Of a stretch of 64,000 nt of DNA, positions 9,986 through 19,963 are shown piece by piece. Within the stretch, counting starts at the first letter, position 1, and each line of letters opens with the position of its first letter. A program made the translations under genes and the position numbers. The DNA is taken from IMG/VR virus record IMGVR_UViG_3300028914_000059, positions 32,001 to 96,000 of that record. One strand, given 5' to 3'. Source of the stretch: a virus (Duplodnaviria > Caudoviricetes). The notes below the pieces were generated by a model. That model saw only the letters and a list, made by a program, of their open reading frames with translations. It was not told the DNA's origin and did no database searches.

Positions 9986-11181
9986 ACTTCACTCCCGTTG
10001 TCACTATCAGAGTTTAAAAATTTAGAAGCTAACGCAACGCTTAATAATGGTGCCGCAGCACCAATCAAAGGTAGAGAGTTTCTACCTATAAAGCCAAGAG
10101 ATTTTGTTAAAGGATTAACTTTACCCTGTAATTGAGCGAGTGATTTTATACCACCCTTATTTACTTTATCCCAGAAATTATAAGTGAGCTTTGTGCCTGG
10201 AATCATGGTGTAAGCTTCATGCAATAATGCTGGGGCACTAGCAGCAGCCATTACAGCGACAGGATGATCCGCTATAAAATCCATTACATTATCTGTAGCT
10301 TCTGTTGGTATTGCTGCTCTGACAGTATTTCTAGTAGTTGGAGTCATTGTCAGTAATGCACCTGCGGTAACTAAAGGAGGAGCAGAAAATAACACATTAC
10401 GTAATAAATTTTTTATATTAGGACTTATCTTTAAATTATCAAATTTTGCACTTAAAGTTTTTAACCCTGGAGTTTTTCTCATGAATGTGTCAGTACTTCC
10501 GCCAAGAAGATCCCATAAATCTGCAGCTTTCTGTTTTGCTTTATTTAATACGCCTGAAGATGCTGGGGCATGTAAAAGATCTTCTCCATAAATATGTCCT
10601 ACCTCGTGTGCCAGGGTAGATAAATTGTTTCTTGGGGAAACAATCATATGGGTGTTGTTTTCTAGATCACGAGCTAAATTTTCAACAGAACTTAATGCTA
10701 ATAATGGGTTTTTATTTAATTTATCAGCGGGTATCTTTCCAGTCAATTCCTTAGTAAGTACATATTTCAACTGCTCTGCCGGATACCTTGCACCATTTTT
10801 GCCTATACGTTCAAGCACTCCTTCAGGCGTACGTTTCATAGACTGAACAAAGGCTGGAGGAGGTACTATAAAATCAATCAGTTTATTACCTCCAGAAAGT
10901 TCGCTTGCAGTTCTTGGAGTAGATTGCAGATATAATATATCTGGTTTAGATTTTAATTTTTTTGCCTGTTCTATAGCAAAGTCTGCAAAAGCTTCTCCCG
11001 TTGGTACGGTTTGCTGTTCCGCAGCATTAAGCAAGTGAGAAATACCATTAGCTGTGGTACCTATTAAATTATTAAGTCCTGCAGCACCTCCCAAAGCCAA
11101 AATATTAGTCAAAGGAGAACGTTCATCTTTCTCCATATAATCAGATGCAAGCTTTATAGCATAATTATTAATATCCATCAT
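9982..11181 (-). CDS. Putative membrane zinc metallopeptidase with KLA leader
   Basis: HExxH motif (STLAHEVGH), downstream HEA, hydrophobic helices; N-terminal AIKLAS. Confidence 0.55.
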   Translation of the reverse strand: MMDINNYAIKLASDYMEKDERSPLTNILALGGAAGLNNLIGTTANGISHLLNAAEQQTVPTGEAFADFAIEQAKKLKSKPDILYLQSTPRTASELSGGNKLIDFIVPPPAFVQSMKRTPEGVLERIGKNGARYPAEQLKYVLTKELTGKIPADKLNKNPLLALSSVENLARDLENNTHMIVSPRNNLSTLAHEVGHIYGEDLLHAPASSGVLNKAKQKAADLWDLLGGSTDTFMRKTPGLKTLSAKFDNLKISPNIKNLLRNVLFSAPPLVTAGALLTMTPTTRNTVRAAIPTEATDNVMDFIADHPVAVMAAASAPALLHEAYTMIPGTKLTYNFWDKVNKGGIKSLAQLQGKVNPLTKSLGFIGRNSLPLIGAAAPLLSVALASKFLNSDSDNGSEV

Positions 11182-11444
11182 TCTATTTTAAAACCTATGG
11201 CGGGAGACAATTCTTCCGAATTTTCTGTACTGGATTTATCGCTGGTATCGGCTATGGCGTAAGTATCCATCTGTTGTTCTATAAAGTCCAGGCCAATATC
11301 CATAAGGTACAGTAGCTGCTGAGATACGGTCCTTCGTTCAGTTTTTGCCATCTTAGCTATCTTACGATATAGCCTGTCTGAAAGCATTACCATTAACTTT
11401 TTTGGGGGTTTTACCGTAGGTACTTTCATTTTCTTTTTTGGCAT
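11178..11444 (-). CDS. Arc/CopG-like ribbon-helix-helix DNA-binding protein
   Basis: KKLMVMLSDRLYRKIAKMAKTERRTVSQQLLYLM matches the RHH pattern. Confidence 0.7.
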   Translation of the reverse strand: MPKKKMKVPTVKPPKKLMVMLSDRLYRKIAKMAKTERRTVSQQLLYLMDIGLDFIEQQMDTYAIADTSDKSSTENSEELSPAIGFKIE

Positions 11445-11452
11445 AACAAAAC

Positions 11453-11496
11453 CCCCTTGAAGTAATAGTATATATTATATTACTACTTCAAGAGGG
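11453..11496. promoter_or_regulatory. Long inverted repeat upstream of the RHH gene (operator and/or terminator)
   Basis: cttgaagtaatagtata-tat-tatattactacttcaag, 17-bp arms with 2 non-canonical pairs; minus-strand TTGACA immediately upstream. Confidence 0.5.
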
Positions 11497-11513
11497 CTTA
11501 TTTGTCAATAGTA

Positions 11514-11903
11514 TTAGAAGAATCTACTATTTCTAAAGCGTCTAGCTATATCCATTGACAATCCTGCCTGGCCACCTAACATACCGCCAAGCATGAGTCC
11601 ACCGAGAGCGCCACCTATGGCCCCCATAGTTTTTCCATGCGGATTCCTATACCACGGGACCGGCTCTTGACCTTCATATGCTGGAGTAGGCTTCAGGTCT
11701 AATCCGCTAGCTGTCAGCCCATTATCGTACATATCTTCTGGAGAACCTAATTTATGCCCCAGCCACCCTAATCCGGCTGCACCTAGGCCGGCGCCCAGCA
11801 AACCTAACGTTGGGGCAGCTCTAAAAGCAGCCAGTTTATAATTAACCGCATTATTTATATCACTAGCTAATTGTTGAGTTACTTGTTCTGCAAATTTTTC
11901 CAT
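11514..11903 (-). CDS. Gly-zipper putative internal virion protein (KLAA-leader family)
   Basis: MEKFAEQVTQQLASDINNAVNYKLAA leader followed by glycine zippers. Confidence 0.65.
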   Translation of the reverse strand: MEKFAEQVTQQLASDINNAVNYKLAAFRAAPTLGLLGAGLGAAGLGWLGHKLGSPEDMYDNGLTASGLDLKPTPAYEGQEPVPWYRNPHGKTMGAIGGALGGLMLGGMLGGQAGLSMDIARRFRNSRFF

Positions 11904-11955
11904 ATGTATATATTATTTCCTCCGATTATAAAAATTAAAAATCGTACTAAAATAT

Positions 11956-12345
11956 TTAACTGAAGCTTTTACGCACATTGTCAGCCACAGAGTCAATATA
12001 GTCTTGAGTTTTTGCAAAATTATATCCATTGATGCCTTCATGTATACCGCCAGATATACTGCCAATACCAGCTCCTATTCCAGCCCCTGTTTTAGCTCCT
12101 TTTAGTATAGCCTTACGATAAGTATCCCAGGTCTGCTGACTGTTGGCTAAATTTCGTACAGCTCCTATGCCACCACCAATTAGACCACCTCTAATTAAAC
12201 CATCCACACCGCCACCAATAGCTCCACCAATACCACTGAGTAGTCCATTAAGTGCTGGATTTAATGCTCCAGCTAATTTATAGTTGGCTGCTTCTGCGAT
12301 GTCATTAGCTAGTTGCTGAGTTACCTGTTCTGCAAATTTTTCCAT
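11956..12345 (-). CDS. Gly-zipper putative internal virion protein (KLAA-leader family), tandem paralog
   Basis: Leader MEKFAEQVTQQLANDIAEAANYKLAG nearly identical to the neighbouring gene; body divergent. Confidence 0.65.
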   Translation of the reverse strand: MEKFAEQVTQQLANDIAEAANYKLAGALNPALNGLLSGIGGAIGGGVDGLIRGGLIGGGIGAVRNLANSQQTWDTYRKAILKGAKTGAGIGAGIGSISGGIHEGINGYNFAKTQDYIDSVADNVRKSFS

Positions 12346-12346
12346 A

Positions 12347-15300
12347 TTAATATTTCCCTTTCTCGCTCTTATTAAATTCCGGACCCATTACATAAGATGT
12401 TACCGGGTGGTAAGAATGTAATGGTGCTGCTGCTCCGGTCTGTACTCCGGAAGTAATGCCTTGTTCTATATAGTTGGTGCTCATGTTGGCAACCCAGTCA
12501 CGACCCATTCTAGCCAGCAGGTTCATACCTACCAGAGAAGGTGTATGTTTGATCGGGGTGCTTTCTACAGTGACGGTATTGATTCTAAGGTTTCTTAATA
12601 CCTTGATCATTTCCCTATCAACTGTTGCACCAGCCTTATAGGGACCTGCACCCACAGCGAGCTTGGCTCCAAGAGCCATGTCGAGATCCAGTTCGTTCTG
12701 ACGATGCAAGTTCCAGCTCCTTACTTCGGACAGAGGCACCTGCTCACCTGCCACATAGTAAGGATGATTTCCAGGATCCTTGATAGTAGTAAGGTTAGTA
12801 GTACTTCTTACTACTGTTTCGAGGAGTTTCCTGTTCATTTCCTTGCCCATACCCTTAAGAGTATCCTGCATAGAATCTACCAGATATTTCTGAGTAGCTT
12901 CCATACCTTTCAGCTCTAAGAGTTCCTGGGGTTTGACAGGGCCGTCAGTAAGAGCGTCGCCCTTATGAACTGTATCTCCTACTTTATATTTAATAATATT
13001 TCTAGGTCCTGTCAAATGTCGCTCACCTGCTATAAAAATATTCTTACCACCAGCGGGGTTGTCTTCTATTCTTTCTATTTTGCCGTCTTCCTTAGCTAAT
13101 GTTGCCTTATCCTTTAAATAGTCTGGGACAAGGGTCAACTGCTGCATACGTTTAAGACCGCCGGAAACAGAGGCACCTGCACCAAGAACGGCACCGCTGT
13201 GGAAAGCTTTCATGGATCCCTGTGTCATTGGTTCGGATAAGAAAGTTCCAGCAAGGGCCCCAACATTATCACCTATTTGGGCAGCTTTGCCATTTTCTCT
13301 TAATCCAAAACATTTAGAGCAGGTTCCTTCTTTACAGTTACACATCAACGGAGATCTGAGCTTGATTGTCTTGGCTCCAGACTTTAATCTTCTGGTGTAT
13401 TCAGCCTCATCTATAAGAATATTAGTGCCAGCTTCATATCTGCCAACAATATCATTCTTCTTTTCTAATTCTATCACAACGCCTTCCTTAGTACCACAAT
13501 CTTCTTCAGAAATAACATTATTAATAGTAGCAGAAAGCACTTGCTTAGCAAAGTAACCAGGTTCTGCTGTTTCAAGTCTTTTCTGGATCATACCTGTTCT
13601 AGCACCGTAGGAAGTTGCCCAGTACTCTGAAACTGGGAGACCTTCAGCATAGGATTTGGTTGTAATAACTGGGAAAGCCTTTCCACTAACATCAGATACA
13701 GCAAACGGAGTACTTATTAACTGTTTATATTGGTCAAATGATGGTTTACCATTAGCATTCATGAGCTGCGATAAAGATGTTTCCGGATGCTTAGCTATAT
13801 AGTCTTTAACAGTGGCATCGAATCTGGGCAGTTGGGCCGCTATAATTCTACGCTTGTCATCGTCAGTTTTAGCTTTCTGCATCATTTTCTGGGTTTCAGC
13901 CACCAGCTTATCACGATGGTCATAGTCTGGTTCAAGATCATCCAAACCCAGAGAAATAGATGAATATATATCATATTTAGCTGACAGTTTACTTAACTGG
14001 TCCATGGTTTTATTAAACTGTTCCGGGCCAGTCTTACTAAGATTTTTAAGGAAACCACCCATCGTTTTCTTACTTAGTCCCGCCTCTGGAATTTTAACAG
14101 ATTCCGGAAGAACCTGGCCAACCAGTTCTTTACCGATAGTAGTTTTTTTGCCAGCAATAGTAATAGTATCATACATTTCAATTTCTTTGGTTTTATATTT
14201 CTTCAGAGCATCTTCCACACTACCGAAGCTATACTTCTGGCTCAAGTCCTTACCGCTTCTGGTCATATAGAACATACCAGTCATAATATCGTGGCTTGGT
14301 TTTAACATAATACTGCCATCAGCGGCATGTTCCAGACACTTAGATGGGGTGAATTGTTTAGCTTCTTCAACCGCTTTGTGGCTGACTGGAACGTAGATAC
14401 CCATTGTGTCGCCGTCGAAGTCTGCATTAAATCCGCCGCAGACGGTGGGATGAACCCCGATGCTCTTCCCATTATAAAGTCTTGGCTGGAATGCCATAAT
14501 ACCAAATTTGTGTAATGTCGGAGCTCGGTTCAACCATACAGGTCTTTCCTTACTTACCTTTTCCAGAGCCATGCCAGCAATAGGATCTTTCTTCTCAACC
14601 ATTACCTTAGCATCCAAAGGTTTGTAACCCATACTGACAAGTTCTTTGATTGCAAATGGCTGATAAAGGTTCCAGGCCATATCCCTAGGAAGAAGTATTT
14701 CATCCGGACTCATATCAGTAGAAGGTGTAATAGTAGAAGAACCGGAAAGGTCCTGATTCTTACTGAATACTACTGATTGGAAGAAACCGGTCTTTGGCTG
14801 ATCACCTTTAATAAGGTCTATAGCACCTATGATCTTCTTTTCTCCACGCTGAACAAGTGGGTCACCCAAGCCCTGAATAGCCTTAACTGACTGATACAGG
14901 TCTTTGCGCAAATCACTCTTGCTGGAGTCGTCTAAAAAACTCAAGTCTTTAAGCTGCTTATTAACCATTATCATATCACGATAAAGGAAGTTAATAGGTG
15001 CTGTATTCAATGAACCATTTGGCATTGGATACATGGGTCTGAACTGTGGAGGCAGAATAGGAACATTATGTATCATATAAGCATCTGCGGGTTTAAGGTC
15101 ATTCTGATTCAAAGCACGAAGAAATCTCATTTTCTTATTTGCCTTATCGAGTCCCTGACCTTTAAGGTGTTTTGCAGATTCCTTTAAGCTGTTCAATTCT
15201 TTCTGAACATCAATATTAGATAACATGGTTTCCAAGGCTTTACCTGCGGTAAGTCCTGTATCAGTTTTAGTCAACTGTTTGGACTTATTATCCCAGTAGA

Positions 15301-18300
15301 GTTTCCCGGCATTTATATCATTCAGCTGAGACTGTGTAAGGTCTAATACAGACAGTGCTGCATTTTCCATTACAGGATTAAGCAACGGTTCTGCCAGATG
15401 AACGTGTGTCCACTTAGTCCCACGCAGGCCACCAGTTTTATTATCATCGAACAAACCGTCTCTTACAGGTCTCATATTTTTAGATACAACTACACGAGCA
15501 TCATCTATTTCACCATTGGAACGAGCCAATACTTCATTATCTGTAAATGGGAGGAGTCTTAATTTGTTACCTTCCTTTTTCACATTGACACCACCAGCAG
15601 CCATATAGCCCATAAGTTTATCAAAAACAAACGGGGTCTTAGGTGCTGGAAGTGGGAGACCCATTTCTACGTTACGCCAGAGTTCTGGATTCTTCTCAGC
15701 TTTGTAGTTAGTCATTTCATACAGGTTCTCTCTGGCACCGTGAGCAACCAAATTCTGGAAAGTGAGTCTGTCCAAGGCACGGGCAGAAGTATGACCACCC
15801 TTAGTTGGTTGTAAATCTATGTCATAGCCTTCATTAATGCCTCTAGCGTTGATTTTCTTGTCAACCTGGTGCATCAATTTCATATAATAGCTATCACCAA
15901 CCATTACTTTCCCAAGACTCTGGCCATTTGTCGGGTCTATAAGCTCTTCCTTGTCTGTGAGCCCCTGTTCTTTTAAGAGACTTTTCAATTCTTTAACTGT
16001 ATTGTGTTCACCGAAATTTTCAATCTTCATTGGCTTGCCACGTTTAAGAGCAAGCTTACCAGCAGCAGCTTCGAATATTTGCGAAGGATTAATACGACCA
16101 GGAATGGCTGATGGCGATACAGCTACATCTATACGTTCTCCGGCTTTGTTTACCGGCATTTCGTTATCTGGGATAACTGCTGAGATAATACCCTTGGCAC
16201 CATGGCGGTTTACTATCTTGTCACCTATCTGTGCTGGCTCTTCTGTCCTTACAAAAACCTTGATACCTTTGTCATCTTTGTAAACGTCTGTTACTGTTCC
16301 GACAACATTTTTATCCCATATCTGAGCATCATTTCTAAAGCCCTTTACAAGCTTCTTGCTGAGTTTACCAAGTTTGGCATCTTCTTCAGAAGCTTCTACT
16401 TTCTGTAGATGAGCAATTAATACATCACCTGGCTCTACTTTCTGCCCTACTCTGATTACACCACTCTCATCAAGCTTGTCCAGGGACTTTGCGTTAGCTG
16501 CTGTTGGGTAATGAGCTATAAAGGATTTCTTATCCATCAAGTCATCCTGACTTATCTGGACAGCAGTTTCTCTAAGATGTTCAGAAGTAAGTTTCTTAGC
16601 AGCACTTTCACTTATAGTGTAGCCGTCTTCAAAAGTAGTATCTCTAAAAGGTAAATAACCTATTCTGAGATTTGTTCCTATAGCAAGTGTGCCGTCTTTA
16701 GTAAATGAAGTGTCAGCAAGTGTCTGCCCGACAGTTACCTTGTCGCCTTTTTTAACTAAAGCGTTAGAGTCGACAAAGCTTTTATTATTGAGAGGAAAGT
16801 TATTATAAAGATTATAGGTTTTCTTCTGACCGTTATCACCCTTAATAGTAATATGATCTCTGTCCACACTCTCTACAGTACCATCAAGGTCAGATACAGT
16901 AGCAAACATACCACCTACAAAATGTTCAAAGGTATTACCTGTTGGCATCTTAGTCTGAACCAAAGGCTGTTCCCTATACTTTAAAGGAATAGCCTGTGCA
17001 AACATTTTGTTAGCCATAAATGCACGGTTACCCTGTATGTTGGCAGCAAAAGGAACCATATTAGAGATGTAGCCGAACATCTGTTTTGGAGAGTTCATGA
17101 CGACATCTACTTCATTGGGTTTAACTTCTGTAATTTTACCAGAACGCATTACCATTACTCTGTCTTTATGAATAGGCTTGCCGTCCTTGTCGTACTGGTC
17201 TGGGAAAGCCATTGTCTTATCAAAAATATCAGATATCTTCTGATAGGAAGTTTTACCTGTTTTAAGATCTTTAACAACTGTTTCCAGTTCTTTACCATCT
17301 AAGCCTGCGCCTAAAGCCAAGTGTAAGTTAAGACCTATTCTTTCACTTTCGGGGGTAGCTACAGGGTCAAGAACACCGGCATGGCTGGCGTTAACATCAC
17401 GCATACTTTCTGTAACGGCATTCATATCACCAATAGCACCTTCACCGAGGCTGGTTACCTTTGTTGCTTCAGCAAGTATAGTAGTTGGATTTTCCTGTTC
17501 AGCAGCGTGCGCTACAGTTCCTTGAACAAAGAACTGACGGACAGGTTTATTCAACATATCCTTACTGACTATCTCAGTAACCTTGTCTCGCTTATCCATA
17601 ACACGCTTGATGTCGTTGATTACTTTACGCTGTGAGGACTCTATACGGGCCTGAACAAGGTCTGGGGTATCATAGACATTCTTGAACACAAGACTGTCTC
17701 TATCATCAGCCTCAGCAGTACCTCTACTGACATCTAGAAGTCTCTTACTGGTAAGCAAAAGAGTTTCAGGTTCTACTTTATCGAATCCCTTACCTAAAGT
17801 TCTTTTAGTAGTTTCAGCAGATAGAATAGTTTTATCAAAAAAATCCTTTATCTCTACCTGTGCCTGGGCGTTACTCGGGGCTTCCTTCTGGAAAATGGAT
17901 TTATAGATTTTACCTATATCAGAATCAGCATTTTTACCACCCTTACTCTGATTAATAAGAAACAGCTTGTCTCCCCACATCTTCTTCATGTCGGAGTCAT
18001 TAACACCCAATGTTTTTAATAGTGGATACAGTGGTGGGTTGGCAGTTCCTATCTTAAGTTTGAATACACCATCCTCAGGATTCATCCAGAGCTTAAATCC
18101 GCGGCCACCGCCTCTGGCCAGGTTGAACTGGGATTCTAATTCCCCGTTCTCTTTTTCACGAGTATATATCCCTGGCTTCATACGAAGCTGCTTATCTACA
18201 GTATATTCGTTACCACCTAAAATATATGAATATCTATCTGTCATGACAGGTACGTCCATGATACGAAAGTTTTTCTTTACATCTATTACATCACCTGTCT

Positions 18301-18562
18301 TTTTATCTTTAAGAGTAATATCGCCATATACAGGAGCTACAAAATCTTTGCCCTGTAATTTGAGTTCCTTCTGCGCTTTATAATCGGAAGTACTGGCCTT
18401 GGAGTCATCCACCCGGACATTGGAGATGGTAAGTTCTCTGTTATCCGTGCTTACTGGAAATGTCTTTTCGACCCCGTCTGTAATTACTTTTTTTAATGAT
18501 TGGAATGCTCTTGGAGCATCGAATATCTGGGCCATAATAAACTCCTGAAATGTTAATGTCAC
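12347..18562 (-). CDS. rpoBC: Fused multisubunit-type RNA polymerase beta-beta' (likely start ATG 18535, MAQIF)
   Basis: Beta motifs TPESERIGL, GDKIVNRHGAKG, YMKLMHQVDKKINAR, then beta' motifs VPILPPQFRP, LNRAPTLH, catalytic NADFDGD, bridge helix and trigger loop (EPMTQGSMKAFH), all in one frame. Confidence 0.95.
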   Translation of the reverse strand: MTLTFQEFIMAQIFDAPRAFQSLKKVITDGVEKTFPVSTDNRELTISNVRVDDSKASTSDYKAQKELKLQGKDFVAPVYGDITLKDKKTGDVIDVKKNFRIMDVPVMTDRYSYILGGNEYTVDKQLRMKPGIYTREKENGELESQFNLARGGGRGFKLWMNPEDGVFKLKIGTANPPLYPLLKTLGVNDSDMKKMWGDKLFLINQSKGGKNADSDIGKIYKSIFQKEAPSNAQAQVEIKDFFDKTILSAETTKRTLGKGFDKVEPETLLLTSKRLLDVSRGTAEADDRDSLVFKNVYDTPDLVQARIESSQRKVINDIKRVMDKRDKVTEIVSKDMLNKPVRQFFVQGTVAHAAEQENPTTILAEATKVTSLGEGAIGDMNAVTESMRDVNASHAGVLDPVATPESERIGLNLHLALGAGLDGKELETVVKDLKTGKTSYQKISDIFDKTMAFPDQYDKDGKPIHKDRVMVMRSGKITEVKPNEVDVVMNSPKQMFGYISNMVPFAANIQGNRAFMANKMFAQAIPLKYREQPLVQTKMPTGNTFEHFVGGMFATVSDLDGTVESVDRDHITIKGDNGQKKTYNLYNNFPLNNKSFVDSNALVKKGDKVTVGQTLADTSFTKDGTLAIGTNLRIGYLPFRDTTFEDGYTISESAAKKLTSEHLRETAVQISQDDLMDKKSFIAHYPTAANAKSLDKLDESGVIRVGQKVEPGDVLIAHLQKVEASEEDAKLGKLSKKLVKGFRNDAQIWDKNVVGTVTDVYKDDKGIKVFVRTEEPAQIGDKIVNRHGAKGIISAVIPDNEMPVNKAGERIDVAVSPSAIPGRINPSQIFEAAAGKLALKRGKPMKIENFGEHNTVKELKSLLKEQGLTDKEELIDPTNGQSLGKVMVGDSYYMKLMHQVDKKINARGINEGYDIDLQPTKGGHTSARALDRLTFQNLVAHGARENLYEMTNYKAEKNPELWRNVEMGLPLPAPKTPFVFDKLMGYMAAGGVNVKKEGNKLRLLPFTDNEVLARSNGEIDDARVVVSKNMRPVRDGLFDDNKTGGLRGTKWTHVHLAEPLLNPVMENAALSVLDLTQSQLNDINAGKLYWDNKSKQLTKTDTGLTAGKALETMLSNIDVQKELNSLKESAKHLKGQGLDKANKKMRFLRALNQNDLKPADAYMIHNVPILPPQFRPMYPMPNGSLNTAPINFLYRDMIMVNKQLKDLSFLDDSSKSDLRKDLYQSVKAIQGLGDPLVQRGEKKIIGAIDLIKGDQPKTGFFQSVVFSKNQDLSGSSTITPSTDMSPDEILLPRDMAWNLYQPFAIKELVSMGYKPLDAKVMVEKKDPIAGMALEKVSKERPVWLNRAPTLHKFGIMAFQPRLYNGKSIGVHPTVCGGFNADFDGDTMGIYVPVSHKAVEEAKQFTPSKCLEHAADGSIMLKPSHDIMTGMFYMTRSGKDLSQKYSFGSVEDALKKYKTKEIEMYDTITIAGKKTTIGKELVGQVLPESVKIPEAGLSKKTMGGFLKNLSKTGPEQFNKTMDQLSKLSAKYDIYSSISLGLDDLEPDYDHRDKLVAETQKMMQKAKTDDDKRRIIAAQLPRFDATVKDYIAKHPETSLSQLMNANGKPSFDQYKQLISTPFAVSDVSGKAFPVITTKSYAEGLPVSEYWATSYGARTGMIQKRLETAEPGYFAKQVLSATINNVISEEDCGTKEGVVIELEKKNDIVGRYEAGTNILIDEAEYTRRLKSGAKTIKLRSPLMCNCKEGTCSKCFGLRENGKAAQIGDNVGALAGTFLSEPMTQGSMKAFHSGAVLGAGASVSGGLKRMQQLTLVPDYLKDKATLAKEDGKIERIEDNPAGGKNIFIAGERHLTGPRNIIKYKVGDTVHKGDALTDGPVKPQELLELKGMEATQKYLVDSMQDTLKGMGKEMNRKLLETVVRSTTNLTTIKDPGNHPYYVAGEQVPLSEVRSWNLHRQNELDLDMALGAKLAVGAGPYKAGATVDREMIKVLRNLRINTVTVESTPIKHTPSLVGMNLLARMGRDWVANMSTNYIEQGITSGVQTGAAAPLHSYHPVTSYVMGPEFNKSEKGKY

Positions 18563-18620
18563 TCCAAATATAATAATCTTTTTCTATGCTCCAGTCAACG
18601 ATTTGATTTAGTCGATTAGT

Positions 18621-18637
18621 GGTATAAGCTAAGTGTA
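18621..18637 (+). promoter_or_regulatory. Putative phage-specific promoter motif GGTATAAGNNAANTRTA, copy 1
   Basis: ggtataagctaagtgta at the head of the 18.6-24.4 kb plus-strand block; same motif at 33538, 36188 and 37023. Confidence 0.7.
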
Positions 18638-19670
18638 TAACCGTGAAAAGACAATATACTATGGAGGTAATAACATGTCTTTTAATCCCTACACCAATAC
18701 TTCGTTCTTCAGTAATAATAACTGGCAGAGTATAGGAACGTGGAGTTCTGTATGTCTGTTATCATTGCTGGCTATGAACGAGGCATTCAAACCTAGTGTC
18801 CCAGTGGCGCAAATGGAGCCTGGGTTATTGCCGGCGCAGACTGCTGCATCAGCAGAAGAGCTGGCCGAACTCTATCAACAGCTCTATACTAACAGTGTTA
18901 AGAATTTCATGAGCAATGTGAGTGTTGTCCCACAATGTTTTGACATGGATGAACTGTTAGTGAGTGATGTTGAAAATTATGCAGCCAGTGCACTGGAAGA
19001 GCACAGCAGATTCAGAAATTATTTTGTGAGAGCTATATATCAGGAATTCTATAAACTTGAGGCAGTATGTCTATGGCTATGTGCCCAGAAAGCTGTTATA
19101 ACCAGCTGGGAACAATGGCCGATAGGTTATACTTCTCCAATAGATATCTGGGGCGCAGTAGACTGGGAATGTTTCCAAATATTCCACAAGGAAGATACCC
19201 CTATGATGAAATTGGATATAGAACTCACACAGGAAGATAAAAAGGTCTTGAACACTCTGGCTAATGAAATCAGAGATTTTAATACCTGTTTGATTTCCGA
19301 AATAATAAATGATCCTACTGAATCTCCAGTAGCTGACTGGCTTAAATTTAATGTTCCGTCAACAGAATGTTTCAGGCGGATGAAAATGTCTCCGGTGGCA
19401 TCTAAAGGATTGATCGCCTGGGACGAGCAGTTACCTGATAATTATCTATTTGACAGGGCATTAAGACTTATGGCCAATTCAAGATTAAAGGAGATAAAGG
19501 TGAAGTTCTTTGTTCACAAATCCTCAGAATGGGCTACATTTATAACTCAGTTTCTGAAACAGTTTGAAGCACTCAAATCTGTAGATTCAGCTACACTGGA
19601 AAATCTAATAGACGGAGCTATTCAGGCTGCTAAGAAATTAACAACACCACAACAATCACCAAGTTACTAA
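18633..19670 (+). CDS. Hypothetical protein (likely start ATG 18675 after SD ggaggt)
   Basis: Long ORF with SD-linked ATG; no recognisable motif. Confidence 0.6.
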   Translation: MYNREKTIYYGGNNMSFNPYTNTSFFSNNNWQSIGTWSSVCLLSLLAMNEAFKPSVPVAQMEPGLLPAQTAASAEELAELYQQLYTNSVKNFMSNVSVVPQCFDMDELLVSDVENYAASALEEHSRFRNYFVRAIYQEFYKLEAVCLWLCAQKAVITSWEQWPIGYTSPIDIWGAVDWECFQIFHKEDTPMMKLDIELTQEDKKVLNTLANEIRDFNTCLISEIINDPTESPVADWLKFNVPSTECFRRMKMSPVASKGLIAWDEQLPDNYLFDRALRLMANSRLKEIKVKFFVHKSSEWATFITQFLKQFEALKSVDSATLENLIDGAIQAAKKLTTPQQSPSY

Positions 19671-19726
19671 GTAAAGATGTCGAACTTTTAACAGCCATCT
19701 AGAAAATTTAGTCTAGAGGTGATATT

Positions 19727-19903
19727 ATGTTAGACAAACTTACAACGGTTGTTAAAGGTTTTAAAACTATAGCCCCGATGCTTTCTGCCTTCCTGCCAAA
19801 ACAGGCGAAAGCATACAGTATTGCCAAACTTGGCATCTCAGTTAATGAGATCAGGAGTCTGGCAGAAAGTGGTAAAGGCTGGACATCTTTACTTTCAAGA
19901 TAG
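19727..19903 (+). CDS. Small basic amphipathic protein, 58 aa (not in ORF track)
   Basis: SD gaggtg then MLDKLTTVVKGFKTIAPMLSAFLPKQ...; followed by hairpin gggcagggc-ttcg-gccctgttc. Confidence 0.55.
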   Translation: MLDKLTTVVKGFKTIAPMLSAFLPKQAKAYSIAKLGISVNEIRSLAESGKGWTSLLSR

Positions 19904-19963
19904 CGTGGGCAGGGCTTCGGCCCTGTTCCACCTGTCAATAAATTCTTAGGAGGTCTCATCCAT

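Noticed and set aside
12347-18562. Window as bacterial chromosome (rpoBC operon)
   Set aside because: No ribosomal protein or other housekeeping neighbours; flanked by terminase, spike, portal and fibres; the enzyme is reduced and divergent.
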